From Trueperaceae bacterium (lineage in GTDB: Bacteria > Deinococcota > Deinococci > Deinococcales > Trueperaceae): 64,000 bases of DNA. The translations under genes were made by a program, and so were the position numbers. How positions within the stretch are numbered: the stretch's first letter is position 1; every line of letters begins with the position of its first letter. Positions 21,052-31,702 of the stretch are shown here, piece by piece. The notes below the pieces were generated by a model, which saw only the letters and a list, made by a program, of their open reading frames with translations, was not told the origin of the DNA and did not search any database. The DNA is taken from positions 864,001-928,000 of the forward strand of contig JAXHNB010000006.1 in NCBI GenBank assembly GCA_034520945.1. The letters run 5' to 3'.

Positions 21052-22659
21052 GTGATCGATTCCGCCACGGAGGCGCACCCCTCGTTCCTGGATCGGTACC
21101 GCGCTGGGGCGTTGAACGCCTTCTACGGAAGGCCCGCCGGCGACCTGGCGGCCGGCCTGAACCGTCCGCCCGTCGACGATCCGGCGGGCCTCGCCGAGGC
21201 CTTGCGGGTGCAGGCACGGGCTCGGGGCGACCGTCCTGCCCAGCTTGCCGCGATCGATCGCCTGCGGGAGCCGGGCGCGCGGGCGATCGTGACCGGGCAG
21301 CAGGCCGGCCTGCTGCTGGGCCCGATGTACACGCTCAGCAAGGCGATCACGGCCGTTCGCCTGGCGCAACGCCTGGACGCCCCCCGACGCCCCGTGGTGC
21401 CGGTGTTCTGGGTGGCGTCTCAGGATCATGACAGCGCCGAAATCGATCACGCCTGGCTGATGGACGCAGGCGAGGAATGGCAGCGCCTGTCGCTGCCGTT
21501 CCCGCCCGATCTGCCCTCGGGCCGCACGGCCTGGCAGCCTGGCTGGACGGAGTCGCTGGTCCAGGGTCTGGATGCGCTGGGCGTGGCCGGGGCGGGCGCC
21601 GACGCGGCACGTACGCTGGTTCGCGAGGCGTGCGCGTCGGCCGACAGCGTGGCGGACGTGTTCGCGCGCATGTTGTCCCGACTGCTGGGCGACGACGGAC
21701 TGGTGGTGCTGGATCCGGTGCGCCCCGAGATGGCGCGCCGATTCGCACCGGTGCTGGGTGCGGAGTTGCGCGATCCGCGCGCCAGCACGGCGTCCATCCG
21801 TCGTGCGGGGGAGGCGCTCCGTGCGGAGGGGATCAAGCCGCAGCTCGGACGCGGGGAGGACGCCACCAATCTTTTCGTGCAGCAGGAGGGGGGCCCGCGT
21901 CAGTCGTTGCGCTTCGACGGGCGGCGGTTCCATCCCGACGGGCACCCGGAGGTCCGCTGGACGGCGGCCGACCTCGAGGCGCGCCTGGCGGACGATCCCG
22001 CCGCGATCACCCCGGCGGCGGGCCTACGGCCGATCGTGCAGGATGCGGCGCTGCCCACCGCGGCGGTGGTGGTGGGTCCGGGCGAGTTGCGCTACTTCGC
22101 CCAGTTGCGGGGCGTGTACCAGCACCACGAGGTGGCCATGCCGACGGTGTGGCCACGGGCGGAGGCCACGGTGCTCACGCCGCCGGTGGTGCGGCTGTTG
22201 GACCGGCACGGCCTCACCGCGCAGCGCTTCATGTCGGACCCGGACGAGGCGCTGCGTGCGCGCCTGCTGACGCTCCATGGGCACCACCAGCGGTTCGCCT
22301 CGGCTCATGCCCGGCTGGAGGAGGAGATGGCCACGATGTTGCACGACGTCGAGGCGATCGACCCCACCCTGCACGGGCCGGTTCGGCGCGGCCGGGGCGT
22401 GCTGGACCACACCGTGACGCGCCTTCGGAACAAGACGGCCGACGCCCTGAGCCGACGCGACCGCGTCACGACGAGGCAGTTCGCCCGTCTGCGGACGCAC
22501 CTTTTGCCGCAGGACCAGCCGCAGGAGCGGGTGGCGTCGCCGTTCTCGTTCTTCGCGTGGTTCGGCGTGGCGCCCATGATGGCGCGGCTCCGCGGCCTCG
22601 AGCCCGAAGGGGCCCAGGGGGTCACGGTCGACCCGCACGACCCGCCGCCGGACGGGTGA
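21052..22659 (+). CDS. bshC: Bacillithiol biosynthesis cysteine-adding enzyme BshC
   Basis: IVTGQQAGLLLGPMYTLSKA, VPVFWVASQDHD.AEI, LRPIVQD..LPT...GPGELRY.AQL, PQER. Confidence 0.92.
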   Translation: MIDSATEAHPSFLDRYRAGALNAFYGRPAGDLAAGLNRPPVDDPAGLAEALRVQARARGDRPAQLAAIDRLREPGARAIVTGQQAGLLLGPMYTLSKAITAVRLAQRLDAPRRPVVPVFWVASQDHDSAEIDHAWLMDAGEEWQRLSLPFPPDLPSGRTAWQPGWTESLVQGLDALGVAGAGADAARTLVREACASADSVADVFARMLSRLLGDDGLVVLDPVRPEMARRFAPVLGAELRDPRASTASIRRAGEALRAEGIKPQLGRGEDATNLFVQQEGGPRQSLRFDGRRFHPDGHPEVRWTAADLEARLADDPAAITPAAGLRPIVQDAALPTAAVVVGPGELRYFAQLRGVYQHHEVAMPTVWPRAEATVLTPPVVRLLDRHGLTAQRFMSDPDEALRARLLTLHGHHQRFASAHARLEEEMATMLHDVEAIDPTLHGPVRRGRGVLDHTVTRLRNKTADALSRRDRVTTRQFARLRTHLLPQDQPQERVASPFSFFAWFGVAPMMARLRGLEPEGAQGVTVDPHDPPPDG

Positions 22660-22677
22660 GGGGCGCAGGCGCGGGCG

Positions 22678-24240
<1,563 letters not shown>

Positions 24241-24651
24241 TCAGGGGGCGTCGCGTGGTCCCTCCGCCGCGTGCGGAGCCAGCGCGTCCGACCACGCGAC
24301 CGGAAGCCGGACCGCGCGTCCACGCCGGTCTGTCGGCACGTGCTCGCTGAGGGCGGACGCGACGGGCGTGTCGTCCTCGAGGCGGATGTCGTATTCGAAG
24401 CGGGCGTAGCGGCTTCGCAGGCGCGTCATGGCACAGTCGATCCGCACCAGATCGTCGAAGTGCGCGGCGTGGCGGTAGCGGACGTCGATCCGCGACACCG
24501 CCATCGACACGCCCGACGCCTCGAGGGCCGCGTACGACAGGCCCAACGTGCGCATCCACTCCACCCGCGCGACCTCCATCCACACCACGTAGGCGCCGTG
24601 GTGGGCCACGCCCATCTGGTCGGTCTCGGCGAAGCGCACGCGCAGGGTCAT
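24241..24651 (-). CDS. Acyl-CoA thioesterase (YbgC/4HBT family)
   Basis: RVRFAETDQMGVAHH..Y..W.E..R hot-dog-fold motif. Confidence 0.88.
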   Translation of the reverse strand: MTLRVRFAETDQMGVAHHGAYVVWMEVARVEWMRTLGLSYAALEASGVSMAVSRIDVRYRHAAHFDDLVRIDCAMTRLRSRYARFEYDIRLEDDTPVASALSEHVPTDRRGRAVRLPVAWSDALAPHAAEGPRDAP

Positions 24652-25691
24652 GTCTCAGAGGCTAGCAGCCGTTCCTCGCGCAAGCGCTGGATGACGGCCC
24701 TGTCGACGCGGGACATGGGCAGGTCTTGCAGGTCGCGCGGGTGGACCCAGGCGCACCGGTCGGACCGGTCGCCGCCGTCGCGCTGCGCGGGGTCGGGCGG
24801 TGCGTGCACCACGACGGGAACCAGCTCCAGCCGGAAGTGGCTGTACACATGGCGTACCGTCGCCAGGCGCCGCCCGTCCGGTTCGAGGTCCTGCTGTGGG
24901 GGGCCCCACAGGCCCCCGAGCAGCCCGTCGGCGGAACGCCGGACCAGGTACAGGTGCCCGCCGTCGAGGTGCAGCCGCGCGAAGCGGCGGCGCGTCGGCA
25001 CGGCGGCGCGTGCGCGAGGGGTTGGATACGCCTCGGGCGTGCCGCTGGCGTGTCCCCGGCAGATGGCCGCCAGGGGGCAACGCCCGCAGGCCGGTGTGCT
25101 CGGGCCGCACACGGTCGCGCCCAGCTCGATCAGCGCCTCCGCCCCTCGGCCGGAACGCGTCCGGGGGAGGAGGGTCGCCAGCTCGCGCCGAAGATCGGCG
25201 TCCCGAGGGGCTTCCTGGGCCAGCAGGCGGGCGCCGACGCGGCGCACGTTGCCGTCGACGGCGACCGTCGGCGCGTCGAACGCCATCGCGCAGACGGCGG
25301 CGGCGGTGTAGGGACCGACGCCAGGCAAGGCCCGCCATCCCTCTTCGGATCTTGGAAACACGCCGCCGTGATCGAAGACGATGCGGCGGGCGGCGCGATG
25401 CAGCATGCGGGCGCGCCGGTAGTAGCCGAGGCCCTCCCAGTACCGGAGCACCTCGGCTTCCTCCGCGGCGGCCAGGGACGTCACGTCGGGGAAGCGTGCC
25501 ATCCAGCTCGGGTAGTACGCCGCGGCGGTGGCGGCCCGCGTCTGTTGCAGCATGATTTCGGCGACCCAGGCCGCGTAGGGGCGCCGGTCCCGGCGCCATG
25601 GCAGCGGGCGCGCGTTCGCCTCGAACCAGGCGATCAGCTCGGAGCCCGCCTGCGCGATGGCGTGGGGCGGTGGGGGGGCACGGTCCGGCAC
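24648..25691 (-). CDS. mutY: A/G-specific adenine glycosylase MutY
   Basis: R.LPWR, EIMLQQT, WEGLGYY.RAR, LPGVGPYTA HhH, VDGNV.RV, C-X6-C-X2-C-X5-C 4Fe-4S motif, NUDIX-like tail; TATCGT 7 nt before GTG. Confidence 0.93.
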   Translation of the reverse strand: MPDRAPPPPHAIAQAGSELIAWFEANARPLPWRRDRRPYAAWVAEIMLQQTRAATAAAYYPSWMARFPDVTSLAAAEEAEVLRYWEGLGYYRRARMLHRAARRIVFDHGGVFPRSEEGWRALPGVGPYTAAAVCAMAFDAPTVAVDGNVRRVGARLLAQEAPRDADLRRELATLLPRTRSGRGAEALIELGATVCGPSTPACGRCPLAAICRGHASGTPEAYPTPRARAAVPTRRRFARLHLDGGHLYLVRRSADGLLGGLWGPPQQDLEPDGRRLATVRHVYSHFRLELVPVVVHAPPDPAQRDGGDRSDRCAWVHPRDLQDLPMSRVDRAVIQRLREERLLASET

Positions 25692-25866
25692 GGCCCCGAC
25701 GATATCGCGCCCCCCGTCGCGGACGGTACGGTTTCGACTCGAAAGCGTTGTGCGTGGTCGGCCGGCATCCCCGCTGGGTGCATGCGCAGGGCGGGGGTGG
25801 TTCGTGCGGCCGACGCCGCCCGACCACCGACGAATCGAATCCCTTATATGTGCGTCAGGGACGGGG

Positions 25867-25896
25867 TTGACGCCGCTCACGCCGAAGGCGTACCAT
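25867..25896 (+). promoter_or_regulatory. Putative sigma70-type promoter of the lys operon (TTGACG-18-TACCAT)
   Basis: Near-consensus hexamers upstream of lysW. Confidence 0.6.
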
Positions 25897-26033
25897 CGCG
25901 TTCGTGCCATTGGGGGCACCGAAGGCCGCAGCGCGGCCGTCCCCCTTCGCAGCAGCAATCTTACGAATCGAAATGCAGCGTGCCGGGCGCGGTACGCGGC
26001 GTGCCGGCCCCGGACCGGCGGAAAGGACGAAGC

Positions 26034-26201
26034 ATGATGCAACAACTCGCCACCCCCTACGGAACGTTGGACATCGATCCCCGCTCGCTCGAACTCGGCG
26101 AACTGGTCGTCAGCGACGAAGGGGTCGAGCTCGAAGTGGTGTCGCTGGACCCGCTGCACTTCGAGGTCGCCCCCGACGAGGTCGAGGACTGGGGCGAGTG
26201 A
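26034..26201 (+). CDS. lysW: Amino-group carrier protein LysW (55 aa, not called as a separate ORF in the track)
   Basis: ELGELVV...ELEVVSLDP...EDWGE C-terminus; SD AAAGGA; first gene of lysXYZJK. Confidence 0.93.
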   Translation: MMQQLATPYGTLDIDPRSLELGELVVSDEGVELEVVSLDPLHFEVAPDEVEDWGE

Positions 26202-27064
26202 CGGCCGGCGGCGACGGGGGTCCGCGCACCGTCGCCGTGGTGTACGACCGCCTCCGGCCGGAGGAACGCCTCCTGTTCGATGCGCTGGACGGCGCGGGCC
26301 TCTCCGTGTCGCGCCTGTACGCCAACGATCTGGCCTGGCGCAGCGACGCGGCGATGGCCCGCGCCGACGTGGTGCTGCTTCGCACGCTGTCGCAGGCGCG
26401 CACCTTGGCGATCGCCCGCATGTTCGAGGCGGAGGGCCTGCCGGTGGTGAACGCCGCGAAGGTGGTCGAGACCTGCGGCGACAAGGCCGCCACCAGCGCC
26501 GCGCTGAAGGCCGCGGGCGTGCCGCAACCGCGAAGCGGCGTCGCCTTCGGCCGGGAGGCGGTGCTCGCCTTGTGCGACGCGTTCGGGTGGCCCGTGGTGA
26601 TCAAGCCGGTGGTGGGCAGTTGGGGGCGGATGGTGTCGCGGCTGTCCGATGCCGACGCCGTCGATGCGGTGCTGGAGCACAAGCGCGTGTTGGGGGGGCC
26701 GTCGCATCAGGTGTTCTACGTGCAGGAGCACGTCGACAAGCCGGGGCGCGACATCCGGGCCTTCGTGCTCGGCGACCGCGTGGTGGCGGCCATCACGCGC
26801 GAGAGCGATCACTGGATCACCAATACGGCCCGGGGCGCCCAAGCTCGCGGCCGCGAGGTCGACGATGCGCTGGCCCGTGTGGCCCAAGGCGCCGCCCGCG
26901 CGGTCGGTGGGGGCGCGTTGGCCGTCGACCTGGTCGAGTCGTCCCGGGGCCTGCTGGTGGTGGAGGTGAATCACACCATGGAGTTCCGCAATTCGATCGA
27001 GCCGACCGGCGTGGACCTGCCGGCGCGCATCGCGGCGTGGATTCGGGACGAGGTCGCGGCGTGA
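26198..27064 (+). CDS. lysX: Alpha-aminoadipate--LysW ligase LysX (ATP-grasp)
   Basis: [48 protein letters not shown]. Confidence 0.93.
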   Translation: MTAGGDGGPRTVAVVYDRLRPEERLLFDALDGAGLSVSRLYANDLAWRSDAAMARADVVLLRTLSQARTLAIARMFEAEGLPVVNAAKVVETCGDKAATSAALKAAGVPQPRSGVAFGREAVLALCDAFGWPVVIKPVVGSWGRMVSRLSDADAVDAVLEHKRVLGGPSHQVFYVQEHVDKPGRDIRAFVLGDRVVAAITRESDHWITNTARGAQARGREVDDALARVAQGAARAVGGGALAVDLVESSRGLLVVEVNHTMEFRNSIEPTGVDLPARIAAWIRDEVAA

Positions 27065-28107
27065 GTGCCGCAGCGCCGCTTCGGGTCGCGATCGCGGGGG
27101 GATCCGGCTACGCCGGCGGCGAGTTCCTGCGCTTGGCGCTGTTCCACCCCGACCTCGAGGTGACGCAGGTGACCAGCGAGCGGCAGGCCGGGCGGCCCGT
27201 GTCCATGGTGCACCCCAACCTCCGTTCCGTCACCCGCGCGCGTTTCGTGCGGTCGGCGGGGTTAGAGGAGGCCGACGTCCTCGTGTCGGCCCTTCCCCAC
27301 GGGGCGTTCGTGGAGCGCGTGGACGAATTCGCCGCCCTGGCGCCCCGCCTGATCGACCTGTCGTCCGACATGCGTCTTCGCGACCCCGAGGCCTACCAGC
27401 ACGCCTACGGACGTCCCCACCCGCGCCCAAACCTGCTGGGGAGCTTCGTGTACGGCGTGCCGGAGTTGAGCCGCGAGGCGCTGCCCGGCGCGACCCGCAT
27501 CGCCGGCGCTGGGTGCCTGGCCACCGCCGGCGCGCTGGCCACCTGGCCGTTGGTGCGCCACGGCTTGCTGGCGCGACGCGACGTGATCATCGACGCCAAG
27601 ATCGGGTCGTCCGCTGCCGGAGCCAAGTCCGGGCCGGCCGGGCATCACCCCGAGCGCGCCGGTGCGGTCCGCACCTACGCGCCGACCGGACACCGTCACC
27701 AGCGCGAGATCGAACAGGTGCTGGGCGGGGGCGTGAACGTCCACCTGAGCGCGACGGCCATCGAGCGCGTCCGCGGCGTTCTCGCGGCGGTACACGGCTT
27801 CATCCCGGACGGAACCTCCGAGCGGGACGTGCTGGCCGCGTTTCAGGACGCCTACGAGGATGCGCCGTTCGTGCGGATCGTCCAGGCTCGGCGCGGCATT
27901 CACCGTGTGCCCGACCCGAAGATCCTGGACGGCACCAACTGGTGCGACGTCGGCTTCGAGCTGGACGCGGCGACGGGGCGGGTGGTGGTGATGAGCGCGA
28001 TCGACAACCTGGTCAAGGGCACCGCCGGCCAGGCGCTGCAGGCCTTGAACCTGGCCATGGGTTGGGACGAGACGCTGGGCCTGGCGTTCCCGGGATTGCA
28101 CCCGTGA
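27061..28107 (+). CDS. lysY: [LysW]-aminoadipyl-phosphate reductase LysY (ArgC family)
   Basis: [37 protein letters not shown]-terminal FPGLHP. Confidence 0.92.
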   Translation: MSAAAPLRVAIAGGSGYAGGEFLRLALFHPDLEVTQVTSERQAGRPVSMVHPNLRSVTRARFVRSAGLEEADVLVSALPHGAFVERVDEFAALAPRLIDLSSDMRLRDPEAYQHAYGRPHPRPNLLGSFVYGVPELSREALPGATRIAGAGCLATAGALATWPLVRHGLLARRDVIIDAKIGSSAAGAKSGPAGHHPERAGAVRTYAPTGHRHQREIEQVLGGGVNVHLSATAIERVRGVLAAVHGFIPDGTSERDVLAAFQDAYEDAPFVRIVQARRGIHRVPDPKILDGTNWCDVGFELDAATGRVVVMSAIDNLVKGTAGQALQALNLAMGWDETLGLAFPGLHP

Positions 28108-28973
28108 TCGTCGTCAAGGTCGGCGGGGGCAGCGGCATCGATGTCGGCGCCGTGTGCGACGACGTGGCCGCCATGTGGAACGAGGGGCGCGAGGTCGTGA
28201 TGCTGCACGGCGCCAGCGATGAGACGAACCGGGTCGCCGAGGCGCTCGGGCACCCGCCGCGCTTCGTCACCAGCCCCAGCGGGCACGAGAGCCGGTTCAC
28301 CGACCGCCACACGCTCGAGATCTTCGAAATGGTGTACTGCGGGCGGGCCAACAAGGCCATCGTGGAACGCCTGCAACTCGCGGGCGTGAACGCCGTCGGC
28401 CTGTCCGGCATCGACGGACGGCTGTTCGAGGGGCGCCGCAAGTCGACGGTCCGCGCCGTCGAGAACGGCAAGACCAAGCTGTTGCGGGGTGACTGGACCG
28501 GCACGGTCGAGCGCGTGAACGCGCAATTGCTGCGCCTGCTGCTGGCGGAGGCGTACCTGCCGGTGCTGTCGCCGCCGGGATGGAGCGCCGAGGGCGCGAT
28601 CAACGTGGACGGCGACCGCGCGGCCGCCGCGGTGGCGCAGGCGCTGGGCGCGGAGGCGCTGGTGGTGCTCTCCAACGTGCCCGGTCTGTTGCGCGACCCC
28701 GCGGATGAGACCACCTGCGTGCCGTGGGTCGATGCGGACGCCGCCTCGGAGGCCGCGGGCTTCGCACGTGGGAGGATGAAGCGCAAGGTGCTCGCCGCGA
28801 CCGACGCCGTCGCCGGCGGTGTGCACCGCGCCGTGCTGGCCGACGCGCGCCTCGACGCGCCCGTCCGTGCCGCGCTGAGAGGCCACGGCACGGTCGTGTC
28901 GCGTGGTCCCCGCCCCCCCGCCCCCGGCCCTGGCGCGCCGGGTGCGCCCCCCTCGCCCGAGGAGGCCTCATGA
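28104..28973 (+). CDS. lysZ: [LysW]-aminoadipate kinase LysZ
   Basis: IVVKVGG, VTSPSG..SRFTD, NVDGDRAA, LSNVPGL, GRMKRKV. Confidence 0.92.
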   Translation: MIVVKVGGGSGIDVGAVCDDVAAMWNEGREVVMLHGASDETNRVAEALGHPPRFVTSPSGHESRFTDRHTLEIFEMVYCGRANKAIVERLQLAGVNAVGLSGIDGRLFEGRRKSTVRAVENGKTKLLRGDWTGTVERVNAQLLRLLLAEAYLPVLSPPGWSAEGAINVDGDRAAAAVAQALGAEALVVLSNVPGLLRDPADETTCVPWVDADAASEAAGFARGRMKRKVLAATDAVAGGVHRAVLADARLDAPVRAALRGHGTVVSRGPRPPAPGPGAPGAPPSPEEAS

Positions 28974-30178
28974 GCTTCGAAGAGCCCCACGCTTCTCGCA
29001 CCGCTTCGATCCTGGAACGCGACGCGCGTCGCAACTCGGGCCTGTGGTCGCCGTCCGCGGCGTTCGTCCGCGGCGAAGGCGTCCGGCTCTACGACGCGGA
29101 TGGGAACACCTACCTGGACCTGATGGCCGGCATCGCCGTCGCCTCGCTCGGGCACGCCCACCCCGACCTGACGCGCGCCATCTGCGAGCAGGCGGGCCGG
29201 CTGACCGTCTCCCCGCAGAATCTCGCCAACGACGTACGGACCGACTTCCTGGAGGCGCTGTTCGAACTGGCGCCCGCGCCGCTGGCGCGCGCGTTCCTGT
29301 GCAGCTCCGGCTCCGAAGCCAACGAGGCGGCCATCAAGTGGGCCCGCACCGCCACCGGCCGGACGCGGTTCGTGGCGTTCAAGCGGGGGTTCTCCGGCCG
29401 GACGCTGGGGGCGTTGCCGCTCACCTGGACCAAGGCGTACCGCGAGCCGTTCGAACCGCTGGCCACCCAGGTCGACTTCGTTCCCTACGGAGACGCGGCC
29501 GCCCTGGAGGAGGCCGTGGGCGACGAGACGGCCGCCGTGCTGATGGAGCCGGTGCAGGGCGAGGGCGGCATCCATCCCGCCGACGAGCAGGTGGTGCAGG
29601 CCGCGCGGCGCGTGACGCGCGAACGCGGCGCGCTGCTGATCTTCGACGAGATCCAGTCGGGGGCGGGCCGGACCGGGCGCTTCCTGGCGCACGAGCATTT
29701 CGGGGTCGAGGCGGACGCCGTCACCATGGCCAAAGGCCTGGGGGGCGGCGTGCCGATCGGGGCGCTGCTGATGTCCGAAGAGGTGGCCCGCAGCATGCCC
29801 AAGGGCGGGCACGGGACGACGTTCGGTGGCAATCCCCTGGCGTCCGCAGCGGGGCTGGCCGTCGTGAACGCGCTGAAGGGCGGCCTGCTGGCGCACGTGC
29901 GCGAGGTGGGGGAACATTTCCGCGACGGGCTGGACCGGCTCGCAGGCGAGGAGCCGCGCATTCGCGAGGTGCGTGGCATGGGCCTCATGCTCGGCGTCGA
30001 GCTGAAGGAGAAGGTCGCGCCGTTGTTGGACGCATTGCGCGCGCGCGGCGTGCTGGCGATCAACGCCGGCCCCACGGTCCTGCGGCTGGTGCCGCCGCTG
30101 GTGATCACGCGTGGTGAGGTCGACGAGGCGCTGGAGGCGTTGCGCGGGGCGCTGGCCGACAGCGCCGGAACGGCGTAG
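28970..30178 (+). CDS. lysJ: [LysW]-aminoadipate semialdehyde transaminase LysJ (class III PLP)
   Basis: SGSEANEAA, GFSGRTLGAL (Ser variant typical of LysJ), EPVQGEGG, DEIQSG, AKGLGGG, HGTTFGGNP. Confidence 0.92.
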   Translation: MSFEEPHASRTASILERDARRNSGLWSPSAAFVRGEGVRLYDADGNTYLDLMAGIAVASLGHAHPDLTRAICEQAGRLTVSPQNLANDVRTDFLEALFELAPAPLARAFLCSSGSEANEAAIKWARTATGRTRFVAFKRGFSGRTLGALPLTWTKAYREPFEPLATQVDFVPYGDAAALEEAVGDETAAVLMEPVQGEGGIHPADEQVVQAARRVTRERGALLIFDEIQSGAGRTGRFLAHEHFGVEADAVTMAKGLGGGVPIGALLMSEEVARSMPKGGHGTTFGGNPLASAAGLAVVNALKGGLLAHVREVGEHFRDGLDRLAGEEPRIREVRGMGLMLGVELKEKVAPLLDALRARGVLAINAGPTVLRLVPPLVITRGEVDEALEALRGALADSAGTA

Positions 30179-30199
30179 GGGGTCGCGACGCACGACCTG

Positions 30200-31309
30200 T
30201 TGACCCGCTTCGTCGCCACGCCCACCCTCTCCGGCGAAGAGCAGGAGGGGGTGGCGTTGCTGGCCTCCGAGCTCGCCGGCGCGTTCGCTGCCCTGTGGGT
30301 CGACGACGCCGGCAACCTCGTCGCCCGGCAGGGGGAGGGCGCGGTCGCCGTCACGTTCCTGGGGCACGTCGACACCGTGCCCGGCCAGATCCCCGTGGAG
30401 GTCGTGGACGGCGTGCTGCACGGCCGGGGTGCGGTGGACGCCAAGGGACCCCTCTGTGCCGCGTTGGCCGCCGCCGCGAAGCTAGGCGATGCGGCCCGCA
30501 GCGCATTGACGGTCCGCGTGGTGGGCGCCGTGGGGGAGGAGGCGCCCGGCAGCGTCGGAGCGCGCCACGCCGCGGCCACGCTGCCGGCGCCCGACCTGCT
30601 GATCGTGTGCGAACCGTCCGGGTGGGACGGGGTGACATTGGGCTACAAGGGCCGGCTCGGCGTCGAGCTGACCTGCGAACGCCCGGGGGCGCACAGCGCC
30701 GGACCGGAGGCCAACGCGAGCGACCGTGTCGTCGAGGCGTATCATCGCATTCGGGCGCGCCTTTCGTCCGAGGAGGACGTGCCCGCCGCGCCGGGCGCGT
30801 TCGACCGCGTGCAGGTGGCGTTGCTCGACATCGTCGGCGGCTCGGACGGGATGCGCGACGCCTGCCGCGCGCGCGTCGGCATTCGCTTGCCACCGGCCCT
30901 CCCGCCCGACGCGGCCTGGGCGCGGATCGAGGCCAGCGAGCGTCCGGGTGGCGTGCGCGTGGAGCGGGGCGAGTCCGTCCCGGCCGTACGCGGGCCTCGG
31001 GACACGCCGTTGGTGAGGGCGTTCCGGCGCGCGATACGCGCGGCCGGCGGTCGCGCGCGCACCTCGGTCAAGACCGGGACCGCCGACATGAACGTGGTGG
31101 CGGACGCGTGGCCCGTGCCCATGGTGGCGTACGGACCCGGCGACGCAGCGTTGGACCACACGCCGCACGAACGCCTGGACCTACGCGAGTTCGACGCGTC
31201 CGTGGGGGTGTTACGTGACGTACTGGACGGCCTGGCCCGCGGCACCCACGGTGGAGGGACCGCGAGCACGGCACGTCGCCGCGACAACGGGCCGTCGCGA
31301 CAAGGCTAG
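30200..31309 (+). CDS. lysK: [LysW]-lysine hydrolase LysK (M20); start uncertain
   Basis: LGHVDTVPG, GRGAVDAKGPL, GEE, EPSGW, KTGTADMN, YGPGD..LDHTP.E. Confidence 0.88.
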   Translation: MTRFVATPTLSGEEQEGVALLASELAGAFAALWVDDAGNLVARQGEGAVAVTFLGHVDTVPGQIPVEVVDGVLHGRGAVDAKGPLCAALAAAAKLGDAARSALTVRVVGAVGEEAPGSVGARHAAATLPAPDLLIVCEPSGWDGVTLGYKGRLGVELTCERPGAHSAGPEANASDRVVEAYHRIRARLSSEEDVPAAPGAFDRVQVALLDIVGGSDGMRDACRARVGIRLPPALPPDAAWARIEASERPGGVRVERGESVPAVRGPRDTPLVRAFRRAIRAAGGRARTSVKTGTADMNVVADAWPVPMVAYGPGDAALDHTPHERLDLREFDASVGVLRDVLDGLARGTHGGGTASTARRRDNGPSRQG

Positions 31310-31319
31310 CAACGCGGAG

Positions 31320-31556
31320 CTAGAGCCCCGAGAGCTCGTAGTTCTTCTGGATGAACGACTCCCACTCGGGGGGGACGTCCTCCTCGGTGTAGATCGCGCT
31401 CACCGGGCAGGCGGGGATGCACGCCCCGCAGTCGATGCACTCCTCGGGGTGAATGTAGAACTGGTCTTCGGCTTCGTAAATGCACTCGACCGGGCACACG
31501 TCGACGCACGACGCGTCCTTTGTGCCGATGCACGGTTCGGTGATGATGTGGGGCAT
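31320..31556 (-). CDS. 7Fe-type ferredoxin ([3Fe-4S]+[4Fe-4S])
   Basis: C-X7-C-X3-CP and CIDCGACIPACP motifs; SD GGAG. Confidence 0.92.
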   Translation of the reverse strand: MPHIITEPCIGTKDASCVDVCPVECIYEAEDQFYIHPEECIDCGACIPACPVSAIYTEEDVPPEWESFIQKNYELSGL

Positions 31557-31702
31557 TCAGGAGACCTCCGCAGGCGATCGACCGCCCTAGAGGTTTCATC
31601 ATCTCCCAGCCCTGCGAGACCGTCAAGCGGGCGGCGAACGCGCCCGGCGAGTGTGCGAAGCGTCCCGCGATCCGCAGCGTCGGGACCGTATACTTGGTGG
31701 AC

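Noticed and set aside
25700..26033. Lysine riboswitch or Lys-codon leader peptide before lysW
   Set aside because: No L-box motifs and no short ORF with tandem Lys codons
25904..26197. GTG 7 nt after the lys -10 box, in frame with lysX (98-aa N-terminal extension over lysW)
   Set aside because: The extension is low-complexity shadow sequence of lysW, and lysX has a normal coupled GTG at 26198; probably chance, though not strictly excluded
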